From: Adineta vaga
Lineage: Eukaryota; Animalia; Rotifera
Direction of reading: 5' to 3'
Assembly: GCA_021613535.1 (NCBI GenBank)
Contig: CP075496.1
Location: 3,844,001-3,908,000, forward strand
Length of the DNA: 64,000 nt
Shown: in pieces, positions 45,356 to 59,311 of the stretch
Position numbering within the stretch: position 1 is the first letter of the stretch
How the letters are laid out: every line of letters starts with the position of its first letter
The notes under the pieces: generated by a model
What the model saw: the letters and a program-made list of their open reading frames with translations, nothing else
Told to the model about the DNA's origin: nothing
The model's database searches: none
Program-made: the position numbers and the translations under genes

Positions 45356-46049
45356 TCAATTCAGTAAACTGTTTTTCTTTACAATCTGTGTATAATCACC
45401 ACAAGCATTCATATCCTGTACGATTGATTCTAAAACAATATTTTCTGTGTTTGATCTCTTATCTTCAATTACTTTTCGAATGATTTCTTCAAGTTCAATA
45501 TCGTCATCATCATCAGGCTTATCCATATCATGTATATCTCCACAATTCATATTTTTTGCAAGTGCTGATTTTTCAACTTTGATTTCAAGTTCAGCTACTT
45601 TCAATCGCATTTGTTCAACTTCGTCATCAATTTCATTTTCAGATGTTTCATTATCAATTTTAAAGAGAAGTTTTTTCATTAGACGAACAAATTTCATTTG
45701 TTGTTTTATTTGTTCCTTACGTCGAATGGTAGCTAGATCTTTTCGTGCTTGTCGATCAAGAGATGATTCACGATAGATTTTTGTTGATGGTAATCCTTGA
45801 CCAGTACGAATGTAATTTTCGTAATTTAATGCATTACGACCTTCACGTGGTTTTAAAATCGAATTTAATGCAGCTAATATTCCAAACATCTATTTTTAGC
45901 GCAAAAAATCATGTTAGAAAATGTAATCTCTCTGTGTAATATAAATGTTCGCACTTAGATTTTTGAAATATTATTCTATTAAAAGTTGTTTTTCATAATG
46001 CAAAGATAGCATACTTACATACCCAACGATGACGTATGAAAAACGTCAT
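45356..46049 (-). CDS. Uncharacterised acidic/coiled-coil protein (~186 aa), probable short first exon 46049-46023
   Basis: 177-aa ORF 45889-45356 preceded by an AG acceptor; upstream ATG exon MTFFIRHRW|GTATGT is in phase 0. Confidence 0.55.
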
Positions 46050-46945
46050 ATCACTCCTTTTTATATCATATGTACATTGTACTCTAGATAAAAATGAAGT
46101 ACTGAGGGCAAAATACTTTTTTCGTTTGATGTAAGAAGAAAAAAAGCAGTAAGAGATAATGATGCTTATTGACTATTTGATCACCAAGTTGCACGGGATT
46201 TTGAATAGACATTTCACAGCGTTAGCTATATACTATTTATATCTATAAATCACGCCTTTTTAATGACATTATAAGCTTATCTTTATGAAAGGCGGCGGTT
46301 GTATGAGAGACAAGCCCAACCGTCAAAGTCCACAAGGGCAAAAAAAAAACGTCCGCAGATATTTATATTTTATAATAAGCCTGAGAAAAATATTGATTTT
46401 CATGATCATATATTCAGACAAAGAAAACGAAGTATAGAGATTGACTTTCGTCATTGGACAACATTGAATATGAAATATTTTCATTATATAACTAAAAGAA
46501 GGCAGCAAAGCAATGGAAATTGAGGAATAAAAATGATAAGTAACTTTATGTCAGACTTTTGTCCAGAAAAACAAAATAATATTGATAGAATCAAGTGAGT
46601 ATCCGAAACTAGATACTGGACAAAAGAATTCCGTTGTTAAAAATTAATGGAATTAAACCATTTCTTTGCGTATATTACGAGTAATAATGACCTTTAGAAA
46701 ATTGTCAACTGACTAAAAACATGTTATGAGAGATGTTGCTCAGTTTTTTCTTCTTTCAGAACACTTGAAAACGAATCATATGATCTTCTTCAATGATATC
46801 AAGTACATTTTCTATGAATCACAAGTGTTTTGTTTATTGCATTTAATATGCTTGATAGAGAAATTTTTCTATTGACTCTCTCGTGCTTCATCACGCAGAC
46901 AACTAGCAAGCTATTTCAATTTTTTTCTCATTTTATGCATGACCT

Positions 46946-46947
<2 letters not shown>

Positions 46948-46977
<30 letters not shown>
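46948..46977 (+). repeat. (GAT)10 microsatellite
   Basis: Direct reading of the sequence. Confidence 0.95.
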
Positions 46978-46978
<1 letters not shown>

Positions 46979-48127
46979 TTGAAAATAATGATAAGCAAAA
47001 GAAAAAATATAACAGAATAAGTCAGCTGTCTGATATTTAACATCGAATCACGCGTCCATCTTCAAATATATAGAATAATAAGGACAATTTATAAACAGAT
47101 TAAAAACCGAGCAATTACTCTTAGAAATGCATTTGTTTTTTTCCATTTTACTCGATGAAATAAAAGAGTAATATGTGAAAAGCATGATAGTTATTTCTAT
47201 GAGTAAGTATGTTTTCATGAACTTTCTTAAAATAAATTTTTGGATATTTATGTTTATGTGGTATGTCATATCTATTGTAGATTTAATATTTCATAGTTTT
47301 TATGCGTCGATTTGGTTATAATATTTAATCAGTATATATAGATTGCAAAAATAAGTAAAGAATAATAAAATGGAATTCTTTCATTTGCTGAAAAGCAAAT
47401 CAAGACGATATTTATGTCATATGGGAAACAAAGAAAATTGTTCGGGTAAGATTGATTTTAATTTAATTGTAAGAAAAAAATGTTCGATTATCAACCTTGA
47501 CTTTTTCTATCTTCTTCTTAGGCGTTTTCTTTTGTACGCCGAAAAAATGTGGATCCACGAGTCTATAATATGATATCGATGTTTGATAATGTTGATATGT
47601 TATTCTATTTAGTTTCTTATGCACGTATACTTCGATATTCTTCTTCCAATAATAGATTAGAAGGTTTGATTCGATGATGTATCTCGTATTAGAAGAGAGA
47701 GAGCAAGATACACCCTCTTTCTGTATGTGTGTATGTATGTGTATATATTACAGCTGAGAATCGAAAGAAGAAAAAGAGAAAGAAAAGGACCTATTCAATC
47801 CTGTATACATGATAAAAGGAAAGAAAAGTCTTTTTTTTCTTTTTTTCCTGTCGGTAGAGAAAAAATCAAGTCGAGAAAAAGATTTTCTTTTCCTCTCACT
47901 CTCCCTCTCTCTCTGTCGTCTCTTTCTCTGACATAACTTGTTCGCATCTGATCGCTTCGTCAGATAGATTAGTTTGAATACGAGTGATTACTGTTCACAA
48001 CATTGTCAACGATTAAGAAATCTCCCGTTGTCGGAATTAAAATCCATTCGACACGGGATAAACAACAGAAACGTAAGAATGGAAACATCCATATTGTTAA
48101 CTTTAATTTGATCAACAAAAAGAAAGT

Positions 48128-48974
48128 ATGGCACATCTAACAGCTTTACCAGAGACCAATACCGATGATGATTGTCAGCTTGTATCTTTTACAAATAAAC
48201 TACCCTATTATGTAAGACATCTATGCAAATCTACCAATAAAAATAAGACAACAGCGGTCATATCAAAATCAAGTAAGTATCAATGAAAGAAGAAAAAAAG
48301 CGTTTACAAGATTAAAGAAGAAAAGAAAAGAAAAGAAAAGAGAAAACAAAAATAGCTTAGTTTGATATTTGTCAACAATCAGCTGGTTTTGCTTTTTACA
48401 CATATGATTATATAATTAAAGCAAAACAAAATAGACGACTGAGGACAGGACAGAAAGAAAAATCCGACTAATCCATTGCCGATAATCATCGATGAGATAT
48501 TTCAGAAAGAATATGATTTCTATCTGAGTTATTTTGTTGTCCTTCTTCAAGGAATTCTATATTTACTATCATCTTTATTTTCACCATTTACATTATATTC
48601 ATTGGTTGATTGATCGTTCTAGTTTATGCACTTCATTTAATTGATGAAGTCTTCCATTCCAAGGTTTTCTTTCTTCTTTATAAATTTAGAGAACATTTGT
48701 TTTGATAAATGTTGTTGTTTTTTTCATAGTTTATACGGTTGTAAAGGCAATCGTATCAGTCTTTTCTTTCCAAATAACAATACGAGTTCTTTCAAAATAG
48801 TATTAGCATTTTCCTTTGCTTTATATCGCTCTTTCTTAACATTTATTGATAGAAAAAAGCGATTCTTTGTCGCCTCTTAACCTTGAATCTCTTTTTTCTC
48901 TCGTGTTCGATCGTTTGCATTTGTAATACTCATACACATACCAAGGTTTCATAGCTAATTACATATTCCTCTAT

Positions 48975-49014
<40 letters not shown>

Positions 49015-50061
49015 GTTCGTTTTTCTTCTCCTACTAGTGGTCTGTGCGGTTGCCTAGATCATATATTGAACAACAAGGTTGTTATGTTTGCTAGTCGCTA
49101 TAGAACATGACGAAGACGACACTACAAGGTCTCGCCAAAACGAGTAAATAGAAAAAACCACTAAGACAGATGTAAAAATAGAAGGAGGAAAAAAGGAAGT
49201 TTTGTTTTTTGTTGTTATTATTATTTTGTAGCTTTGCTTATGAAAGTGTTTCTACAAGGTCGTTCTTTCCCTTCGTTGATTTTTTTCTTTATTATCGTGA
49301 AAGAGAGAGAGAAATGCTGAACTAAGACGTAAAGTTGTTTGCGTGGTGACGATGACAAGTCTCAACGACCTTGTAGCAAATATTATTCATAAGTACAAAA
49401 AGAAAAAAGAAAAGAATAAGACGAACAGATGATTTGTCTCTATCTTGCTTAGTAATGATGCTTCGTGCAAATTGCATGTGATGTGTGCGTGATAGTGTAT
49501 CATAACTACACACAATCTTAACCAACAACCACAAAAAACCCTGTTCTTCTGTTTTTTTTCATTATTCTTCTATTTTGAAGGTTGTTCTGTTTCTTCTCAT
49601 CGTTGTCGTTTTCATCTCATATGGTAGTTTTTCTTCCTCCAACCCTCTAGCTTTGCTCAACTTTGCGGTTAGAACAAGAACCGATCCACATTTTTTCATC
49701 TGCTCAACGAGGCAAAATCGTTGTTGGACGAATCATTTTTGACAACTCCGCCGTTTTTTCTTTCTTTCTCTCTTTCTTTCTTTCTTTCTTTCTTCTTTCA
49801 TTACGTAACTTCTGCAACTATCATCAATTAAAGTGCATCCAACACTCAATTCATCGTGTATACACACACACGAAAAAAGAGACCTTGAACGCATATGTAT
49901 CGTAATAATGTAAGAGAAAAGAGACTAAAGGTACTAACAAAGAAGAAAGAAAGTGTCAAGCGAGAAAAACAATCTTTTCAGTAGGGTCAAATCAGTACTT
50001 TTTTCTGACCGACTATCAAATAATAAGTCAATGTGTCTACATATCGAATGAACGTGGATGA

Positions 50062-50097
<36 letters not shown>

Positions 50098-51831
50098 GAA
50101 AAAAATTTTTCGACAGAATGTTATTGCGCGATGAACATCGACCGATAGACTAGAAAAGAAAAAACAAAATAGCCCATTGTACAATTGCCTTCTAACGGCC
50201 AAAGTAAATATGAACAGAACAGAGTTGCGTGCGCGTGTGGATGTGTATTTAAGATTAGTTTGTATAATAAGAAAAATTGGATTCTTTTGTTTTTAGAAGA
50301 TCATAATATATCCTCCGAAGTGGATCCAATACATCTAAATGAGAAACCTCGTCAATCAGTAGCTGTTTTTTCACTTTCATCATCATCATCTTCATCATCA
50401 CTAAACGAACCAATTGGAATACCATCATTAATGTCAACACGTATTTTACCCGTGGGTTGTTATCATGAACAAGAACAAAACACCTCAACAAAATCTAATG
50501 AAAATAATTCATCAACAACTCCATCATCGATTATGAAATGTTTCAATAGTTATCGTGAACAAATGCCGTTTACGTCAAGTTGTTCATCATCATCGTCATC
50601 CACTTCATCTACATCATCAACAAATCCAACAACAAAACGAGATTTTCTTTCATCAATTAAATCAGCTGGACATTATCTTCCAACAGTTGATTCTTTAACA
50701 ATTGAACAAAATCTTTTCAATATGGTTCGTTTTGATATTGTGAAATCGAATTTTTGTGATTATTATCAATTGGGAGATTTCGTTCGAAGTGGAGGATTTT
50801 CAGATATACATGAAGGCATTCGTTTAAGTGATAATAAACAAGTTGTAGTGAAATTTATTCCAAAAGAAAAAACAAAAAATTGGTTAATGGTTAATCAGAA
50901 AAAATATCCAGCAGAAGTTTTATTACATAAAGCTGTACATGAAATTCAAGGTAAGAGTTTTCCTTTATTTCTACAATCAAATTGTATATTGAAATGTTTT
51001 TCTTCCTTCTTCTAGGAGTTATTCATGTTTATGATTATTTTGAGAATGCTGAACATTGGATATTAGTGATGGAACGATTGAGTAATTGTCAAGATTTATT
51101 TGATTATTTGGAATCGAGCGATCATGGACGGCTTAATGAATCAACAGCAAAAAAATTCTTTCAACAACTAGTGCAAATTAATTTAGCTATGTTAAGGTAA
51201 ATATTAATGAATGATAGCATGTACTTAAAAAACATCATTACCCTTAGAAACAGCTGCTGTTTTCATCAGTCTAGAAATAGATCATTTCATTAAAAGAGTC
51301 TATGTTTATTTTAGTTTCTAACATTTGTAGTAATAATTAGAATGCGAATTAATTCGTTTTTTTTTAGAAAAGGTGTTGTTCATCGTGATCTTAAAAGTGA
51401 AAATATTCTTGTTAATCTCGATACTGACTCACTTGTCTTAATTGATTTCGGTGCTAGTGCCATATACAAATCGCCAGTATCACACTATTCAGATTTTCAT
51501 GGAACTAAACAATACAAATCACCTGAATACGTTCTTCGAAAACGTTATACGGGCGTACCATCAACTGTTTGGACACTTGGAGTATTGCTATACGATATGG
51601 TTAGCATCAACTGAATGGAACTGATTTGTAAATTTTTTATTATTTATTCTGTTTTAGGTATGTGGCAGTTTACCATTTGAAAATGAAGAAGAAATAACTG
51701 GACATAAATTAATATTAAAATCCCATTTATCATCTGAACTGAAAAATTTAATTCAACGATGTTTAGCACAAAATCCTGATAGACGACCATCTCTCGAATC
51801 CGTACTTGAACATGCTTGGATTAAAAATTAA
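48128..51831 (+). CDS. PIM-family Ser/Thr kinase-like with long Ser-rich N-terminus, 5 exons
   Basis: VVVKFIPK, P-x-EV-x-L, hinge [62 protein letters not shown]; first exon 48128-48272 is spliced across a ~2-kb intron to 50297. Confidence 0.85.
48660..49887. promoter_or_regulatory. Homotypic cluster of eight CAAGGT motifs in PIM intron 1 (candidate enhancer)
   Basis: Sites at 48660, 48880(-), 48942, 49074, 49125, 49255, 49368(-), 49882(-); three share CTACAAGGTC. Confidence 0.45.
48978..49014 (+). repeat. (TC)n microsatellite (one interruption)
   Basis: Direct reading; a (GA)n tract also occurs at ~50066-50092. Confidence 0.9.
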
Positions 51832-52635
51832 AATCTTTATTCTTTTGCAATTTCTCCTCTCTTTTTAATCAAACAGTGAGTGTGTATTATGTATGTCCCG
51901 CATTTATTTTCTTCTCAAGTGTGTTGGTGCTCCTCATTCATTTTCCCTCTCCCTCTATCAGGAATAATGTATATTCTTCCATATAGGTCAATTCTGTATG
52001 CTTTAGCTCTACTTCTTCTTCTTCTTCTTCTTCTTCTCAGTGATACCTATTCAGCGGGTTTAATCTATGTTACGTTTCGTTTCCTTTTCCTCTGCATGTA
52101 TTAGATTAGAATGTCTTTTCGTATATCTGTCTTGCTTATCCTTCAAATTCGATGTCTGATAATTGTTAAGAGTAGATAGAAAAAGAAATCATTTTGTGTA
52201 TTTGTTTATTTGCCTTTGTGACGAAAAGAAAAAGCCAAACAATCTCAGTTCATTTTGGAAAAAATCACATATTATTGCATATGTATTAGTTGATTTTCTT
52301 GTAATCTTCTTCGTATGATGTTTACTTATTCTAGAAAACAAACACGAACAATAATAATAATAATAATAAATATGATGAATTATCTTCTCTTCTTTCTTTT
52401 CTCTTTCTCTCTTCTACTTGTTCTTTGTCTCGGTTTTTCTTCTTTTATGCGTACATTTGTGTTTACTCGATTCTGATGAATAAAAAAAAGTCTACATCAT
52501 CCAATTGCATTCATCTATGGTGGTCATAACAACAATCATGTGAAGAAAGAGAAAAGATTTTTAGACTTCATCAACTCTACTCCATTCATTCTTATTACAA
52601 CACATCTTTGTGAACATTCAATACTGCAGAGAAAT

Positions 52636-52890
52636 ATGGCAAGCGCACCTCAATTAGAAATACAAAAACAAGAAGGTGTACCCGTCGCAGAAGATGGTAC
52701 AATTGGTGGTCATCAAGCTGAAAAAGTCAAAGCTCCATTTAAAGAACAAGAAGCTGATGCTAAATTACATGAAACATCTGTTACACAAAATATTACACCT
52801 GGACAAAATTTACTTGGTCATCAAGATTCTGCTCAACCAGGAATTCGTCCAGGTGATGTAGCTGGTAAAGCCGGTGGTCCATCAACTTAA
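52636..52890 (+). CDS. Small hydrophilic Gly/Gln/Glu/Ala/Pro-rich protein (84 aa)
   Basis: ATGG start at 52636; coding-like composition against AT-rich flanks; no Cys/Trp/Tyr; AATAAA at ~52988. Confidence 0.75.
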   Translation: MASAPQLEIQKQEGVPVAEDGTIGGHQAEKVKAPFKEQEADAKLHETSVTQNITPGQNLLGHQDSAQPGIRPGDVAGKAGGPST

Positions 52891-53784
52891 TTACGATGAT
52901 TATTCGAATTTGATACATGGATAACTGACTCATTTTGAGTTGTTCTGTATAATTCTCTCTTGTGTATCTTTTGTTCTCTCTATTTTCAATAAATAATCAA
53001 GTGTCTTTTTTAAGTATTAGAATATACCGATGCATTAACACTTCCTAATGTGAGAAAATATGAGTTCAAAGAAAAGTAAACTTCATCAATTAAAATTTTC
53101 TTCATAATCTTTTCCTGACAACTGAATTCTGCGCTGTTATACAATCAAAGATATGATTCATCTTATTTGATCGATTATATCACGTATTCATAGGAAGAAA
53201 AGAAGAATTTGGTGTTCGAATGGAATTCTATGAAGAGTGAAAGAGTACATGTAAATAATAGGTCTTCTGTGTTTGTTTATAACACTTATATTTATTTACA
53301 TTGAGCAATATAGACTAAATGTAGACATATAAAATTACTCTAAGAATATCTTTCTTCCAAACAAACGACATAATACTTCAACTTAATTTCCTATTTATGA
53401 TATCTCATAAGAAAACAATTCAATATCAAATATAGATAATTCGTATGAACCAAAACATTCGTTTGAGTTTGTCAGAAAACGGACAACCTTGAGGTCGATG
53501 CATACATGTACTAAAATGCCGATAAACGATTTAGACAAAGAAACAAAATCTAATGAATTACGAAGGTAATACATATTCATGTGTCTATATATTTTATATC
53601 GATATATTACGTCAATTGAGAGAATGAAAAAGAAAGTAAAAAGCTAGATTTTGATTCGTGTTGAGTACGTATATTATGATATGGATCGATAATTAACGAT
53701 ATTATTCATTTGCAAAAAAATAAACGAGGAAGAAAGGTAAATATAACGAGTGACTATTTTTTTTTATCAAAATTTTAACGAAAC

Positions 53785-54324
53785 ATGGCTCAGTGTTATG
53801 ATAGTTGGAAAAACCAATATGTTTATTGTTCTTCAAATATAGGCACTTATATGTAAATAGTATTGCAATTTTCCTTGATAGAAAAGATTTTTTCCTTAAT
53901 TTTAGTGCGGTAGGAGTTGTAATTCCTATAGTAATTTTAATACTTGTTGTTCTATTTGCTGTCTATCGTCGATACAGATTAAGAAGACATCAAAGAGGTA
54001 TGTATAATCAATTTCTATTTTAATTGAAAAACTTCCTTTATTATTTTCCTTCTATTAGAACAACAACAGATCAGCATGAATACAATCGTTCCAATTTATA
54101 ATAGTGATGAACAACAACAAGCGCCATATAATTATTCATATCCACCTAATTATACAGCAGTTACTGGTAATCCATATGATAAACCACCAACCTATGAACA
54201 AACTGTTCAACAATTATCAGAAGTTAATCATCATACAACTGATGATAACGCTGCTATTCTACCAATGACAACAATGACGTCAATAACATCACAATCAATT
54301 GATGCATCACAAAATAAAACTTAA
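53785..54324 (+). CDS. Small single-pass membrane protein with cytoplasmic PPxY motifs (WBP1/VOPP1/PMEPA1-like architecture), 3 exons
   Basis: Spliced MAQCYDSWKNQYVYCSSNIGTYIAVGVVIPIVILILVVLFAVYRRYRLRRHQR…YPPNY…KPPTYEQ; introns ~53853-53905 and ~53998-54058. Confidence 0.75.
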
Positions 54325-55037
54325 TTTCTGTCCACTTCTTTCAGAATTATATTCATAGAACATACTTATCTTTTTTTATTTTCTATTTTCCCTAAGACGC
54401 AGTAACCTTGAGTCTTGCGTTACGGTGCGACATCTAAGATGTAAAATCACTTCCTATCCATTTCTGCAACAATCAAATCTTTCTATGGATTATTTGTTAT
54501 CTTCAAAATATCCCTGTTTATTATTAAAATGATTCGATTTCTGCCATTTTTATCTTTCATCGAGGATAGTTCCATAATTTACCATTGAAGAACATAGTAG
54601 CCAGTAGTTATTAGTAAGGAAAAAACAGCAAATAAACAAACAATTCTTACTCTTTTTCTTACCAGACAGAAGAGAGAAAAGTCTCGATCTCGAGTCTCTA
54701 TCATCTATTACACCTTATTGTTAAACTAGGAAGAATGGCGTAAGAATTTTTCTTTTTTCCCAATGCGGAATAGTTTGGGAATTATCCATTGGTTACTCAT
54801 TTTTTTGCATCATATAAATAATTAATTGTATTTTATAAAAATGCTTTTCTTTTTAAGATCTCATCTCTTATTTTTCTATCTAAAAGCAAAAACAGCGAGA
54901 ACGTATCATTCGATTGTCAAGTGCATGTATTAGAGTGTATATATTTTCCTATTTTCTATTCTTATTACCGCCTCATTAAGGCGTTCGATCTGATCAAATA
55001 TAATTATTTCTAATAGGAGAATTAGATTAATTAGACC

Positions 55038-57869
55038 ATGGACGATCTCATCATTGAAGTAGGACATCCCAATGGTGTCTATTACAAAGTGAGTACAAAA
55101 TGAAAAAAAAGAACTTCGTAAAAATATATAATTTCATTCTATTCATAGGCATCTGTACTTAGTTTGGATGAATCAGGTATCAATGTTAAATATGATCAAG
55201 AGTAAATAGAATGAAAGCATTTTCAATAAAGAAAACTATCCTTTTCATTTTCTAGTTTCTTCCCTCCAACTAAAATTCCATTTTCTGAGAATCGCCTTCG
55301 ACTTCCGTCTGAACTGATCGATCTCAAGAAACTACAACCTGGCGATCCTTGCGAAGTATATTATTTCAATCATTTTATTTCATAATACTGACGTTTCTCT
55401 TAACATTCAGGTACTTACAAAATCTAAAGAAGATGAACCACATGGTTGGTGGCCAGCCGTTGCTAAAATGATTAAAGGTGATTTTATTGTTGTGGATTAT
55501 AAAGTTAGTGGTCAAGGTGCTAATTATTCGGAAATTGTATCTAGTGATAAAATTCGTTGTCCAAATACAAAGTAAATTATAATCGTTCGAATACTTATCA
55601 TTTTCAATTCATTTTGTAATTTAGTCCTCCCATAACTTATTCAACGTTTAAAATATTAGAATTACCTGTTAGCAAAGATATTCGAGAAGCGTATGAATTA
55701 GATTTATTAAAGACAAAAGGAATTCAAAATTCACTTGTTGTTTCTTTTTTATAGATGTAGCAGTTCAGCTAATCATAAAGATTTTAAACGAACATCGGGT
55801 GCTGCTGTTGTTCGATATGATGATCAGAAAGAAGCACTTATTGTCATCGTACGTTTTTTAATATTGAAATATTTTACATTATTTCGTATTTATTTGTCTA
55901 TCATTTTTTTATAGTCAGATAATGATAGTACTCTCCGTCGTGCTCAAATCCTATCCGATATGCATTTTCGAAATTTACGTTCAAAATCTAAACTTGTACA
56001 AGAAACAGAAAAAGTTACCAAACAACTTGAAGTAATATTTGATATCTTAAATAACAATGATTAAAAATTTCGTTCTTTCATTAGCTTATAAAAGTAAATA
56101 AAACAGAAAAAAACATGGAAAAATTCGCTCTTAAAAATGAACTCATGGGTCTTGCCATTGGTACACATGGTTCAAATATATTAAAAGCACGAGAAGTACC
56201 CGGTATCATAAGTATTGAAGTTGATGATGAAACTTGCACATTTAAAGTCTGTGGTGATGTAAGTTATGATTTAATTTTGTTGAATTTTTTTTCTTATCAA
56301 ATAATCATTTATTTATAGTCGGAAAAAGCTGTTAAAGAAGCACGCAGTCTACTTGAATATGTTGAAGAAACAGTCTCTATTCCGCGAGATCTTATAGGTA
56401 ACATTTATGATACACAAAGAAACATTATATTATATTTTCTTTTCTATATTTAGGCAAAGTTATTGGTAAGAAAGGACATATCATTCAAGAAATAGTGGAT
56501 AAAAGTGGAGTTATTCGAGTTAAAATCGAAGGTGATAATGAATCATCAACAACACGAGATGAAAGTACTCCAGCCGTAAGATTTTCTTTTCATATAAAAA
56601 AAACAAGTTTTTTTAATAATCTCTTTTAATTTTTCTACAATAGACTGAAGTTCCGTTTGTTTTTGTTGGTACAGTAGAAAGCGTTACTAATGCAAGAGTA
56701 CTACTTGAATATCATATCGCTTGCCTAAAAGTAAACTAATATCAAATGTATTTAGTTATTATTGATTAAAATAACTTTTTTTTTCTTTATTCATAAAGGA
56801 ATTTGATGAATTACAAGAAAAGAAAATTCAAGTTAACGAACAATTTCGTACCATTGTCGGTCCTCAACAAGGTGCCACAATAAATTCAACTATTAATAAT
56901 TCAGGTTATCAAAGTGGACGTTCACAACGGTAAAACATTTCTTAATGAAATTGAAATTTTCTCATATTCTTTCGATTCTAGTTATGATTCGGATAGAATG
57001 AATAACTCGACTGGTACACGTAATTATCGTGATACAGGTTATCAACAACAACAACAACAACGTAATGATAATTATAATAATTCACAAGCACGTCGACCGA
57101 ATAATTATCCCATGGGTAATGGTAATCGTGGACGTCGAGGTTCTGGTCCAAATTCATATCGAACGAGTGGACAAAATGATGGTAGTAAGTGAATTATTGA
57201 TGAAGATGTGCTCATCATTAATACCTATTCATTTATAATTTTATGTATACAAAGATAGTCTCACAGATAGCTAACAAAATATCCAATCGCATGACTATAG
57301 ATGATCAGAAACTATCTTAGTTTTCATTAAAAAAAAAAGAATCTCATCATGACAATTTTTTTTCCTTTGTAGCCTATGATGAACGACGTCGAGAAAATGA
57401 TAATGAAAATACTATGTATGATACTCAAGATGCTAATGGTGAGTAGAATTATTCGAAAAAATGAATTAAAGAAATATCTTTCTATATATTGTTCATTGTA
57501 GATGGTCAACAACAGTATAACGATCAGACGTCATCACAACGCAGTAATAATAATAATCGATATAATAATAATCGTAGTTCTCGTGGCCAACGAGGTGGAT
57601 ATAATAAATACAATTATAATTCAAACGATTATTACGATAATTATGGATATAACAGTCAATCCCAACAGAATTCAACATCACGAAAATCTCAACAATCAAC
57701 AATAGAAAATAATAACAACAACAATGATGATGATAATAATAATAATACTGGCATAGATTCAAACAATGTGCCAACATCTGAAACAATAGAAAGCAATGGT
57801 AATAATAATACTCATGCACCAAAAGGACAACGAACACCAAGACAACATCATAGTAATGGTGTCAAATGA
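55038..57869 (+). CDS. FMR1: Fragile X messenger ribonucleoprotein homolog (FMR1/FXR), multi-exon
   Basis: [18 protein letters not shown], Agenet/Tudor [23 protein letters not shown]1 [15 protein letters not shown]2 [43 protein letters not shown] low-complexity tail. Confidence 0.95.
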
Positions 57870-59311
57870 AGAACAGTAGAGATAGAAATACTAAGATCAA
57901 AGATAACATCAGCAATGTGATTCAAATCGATTTCGTGTCTTTTAAATTTCTGTTTTTTTCCTCTTGTTTGTCTACTTATTTCTAAACTACTACTCCGTTC
58001 ACAAAAAAGATCACAATAAACTTATATATCTCTCGAAAACAAAAAGCAAATTATACGCACGTCTCTTCATTATTATTATTATTATTATTATTATGTATCC
58101 TGTCCAGTTCATGTACGTAAATTGTTCTTTTTTTCTGGTTGCTGATTTTGGTACTCTCATTACCCGTCTCTTCTTTTCATATATTCTATCGAGATGATTT
58201 TGAAAATTGTGAAATGGATGTCTAAAAACGAAACATTTCTGTTAAAGATGAGATTATCGACATGTTATTCATCCATAGTTTTGTCTTCCAGCAACCAAAT
58301 ACAAACTTGATTACGGCATATTCTATTGTCTATAATAACGGTTTTTTTCTTCTTCTCTCTTTTGTGATCCTCATACTTTCTCTTCTTTCGTTTCACGTAT
58401 GGATTTCTTGTTCAGTTTTGCTTTTTGCTACCATAAATCCAGCTCGTTTTGCCTCGTTTCTTTCTTTCACGCTCATTGATGACGTTAATCATGTGTGAGT
58501 GATCTTGTCTATTTGTTTTCTTTTGTTTTCTTCTTTTTTGTTTTCTCTATTTGTTTTGCTACTGATTTTTGTTTCTTTATATTGCACAAGCGAACAACAC
58601 GCATCGTCACATACATGAGAATCTTGCAGTCTTTTTGTTGTGTTTGTTTTCATTTTTTTGGGTTGTTTTTCTCCTGCGTTGATTTCATTACATTTTTTTT
58701 TGCTAAAAAACAAGTATTAAAGCATATATATGATGATGACGACATGATATCGATAATCTTCCATGAATTCAAATGACAACAAGCGGAATATATTAGATAT
58801 TTGAAAGCAATAACCAAATGAAGGGCGTTGTTCCAAAGGATAGTTTTTTTTATCTATAAGAAGTTTTCAACTATCTGAAAATAGGAAACAATTCTTTAAA
58901 CGAACTGCTCTCTACTTACATTTGAGAAGAATAACCTTGTTTTATTAAATAGAAGATATTCTTAGTCGAAAAGAAACTTTAAAATGTTTTTAGTATGTAA
59001 ACATTCTTTTCCCTCTGTACGGTATTTTATCCCAGTGGGTTATTTCAAAATCCAACATCATTAGTACGATCAGCGCGCCCCGCATGATGTTATTCAGAAA
59101 AATGAACGAAATGCTTCTATCAGTTCGTGTACTGTCTAGACATTAAACATTCTTTCATTGATTATTATGACGGATATTATTCTTCATTTGCACTTACATG
59201 ACAGTTATTGTCGAAATCAAAGAGCAAAATTACCATCCTATTTATAGCTTAGCACTAATTCGAACAATCATCATATTATTAACGAAGAAAATTAACACAA
59301 CTTGATAAATC

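Noticed and set aside
54390-54800. Short GC-richer stretches that might be a tRNA or other ncRNA
   Set aside because: No cloverleaf, A/B boxes or snoRNA box pairs recognised; more likely FMR1 promoter/5' UTR sequence (CCAAT/ATTGG boxes).
57964-58776. Hydrophobic ORFs after FMR1
   Set aside because: U-rich 3' UTR artefacts.
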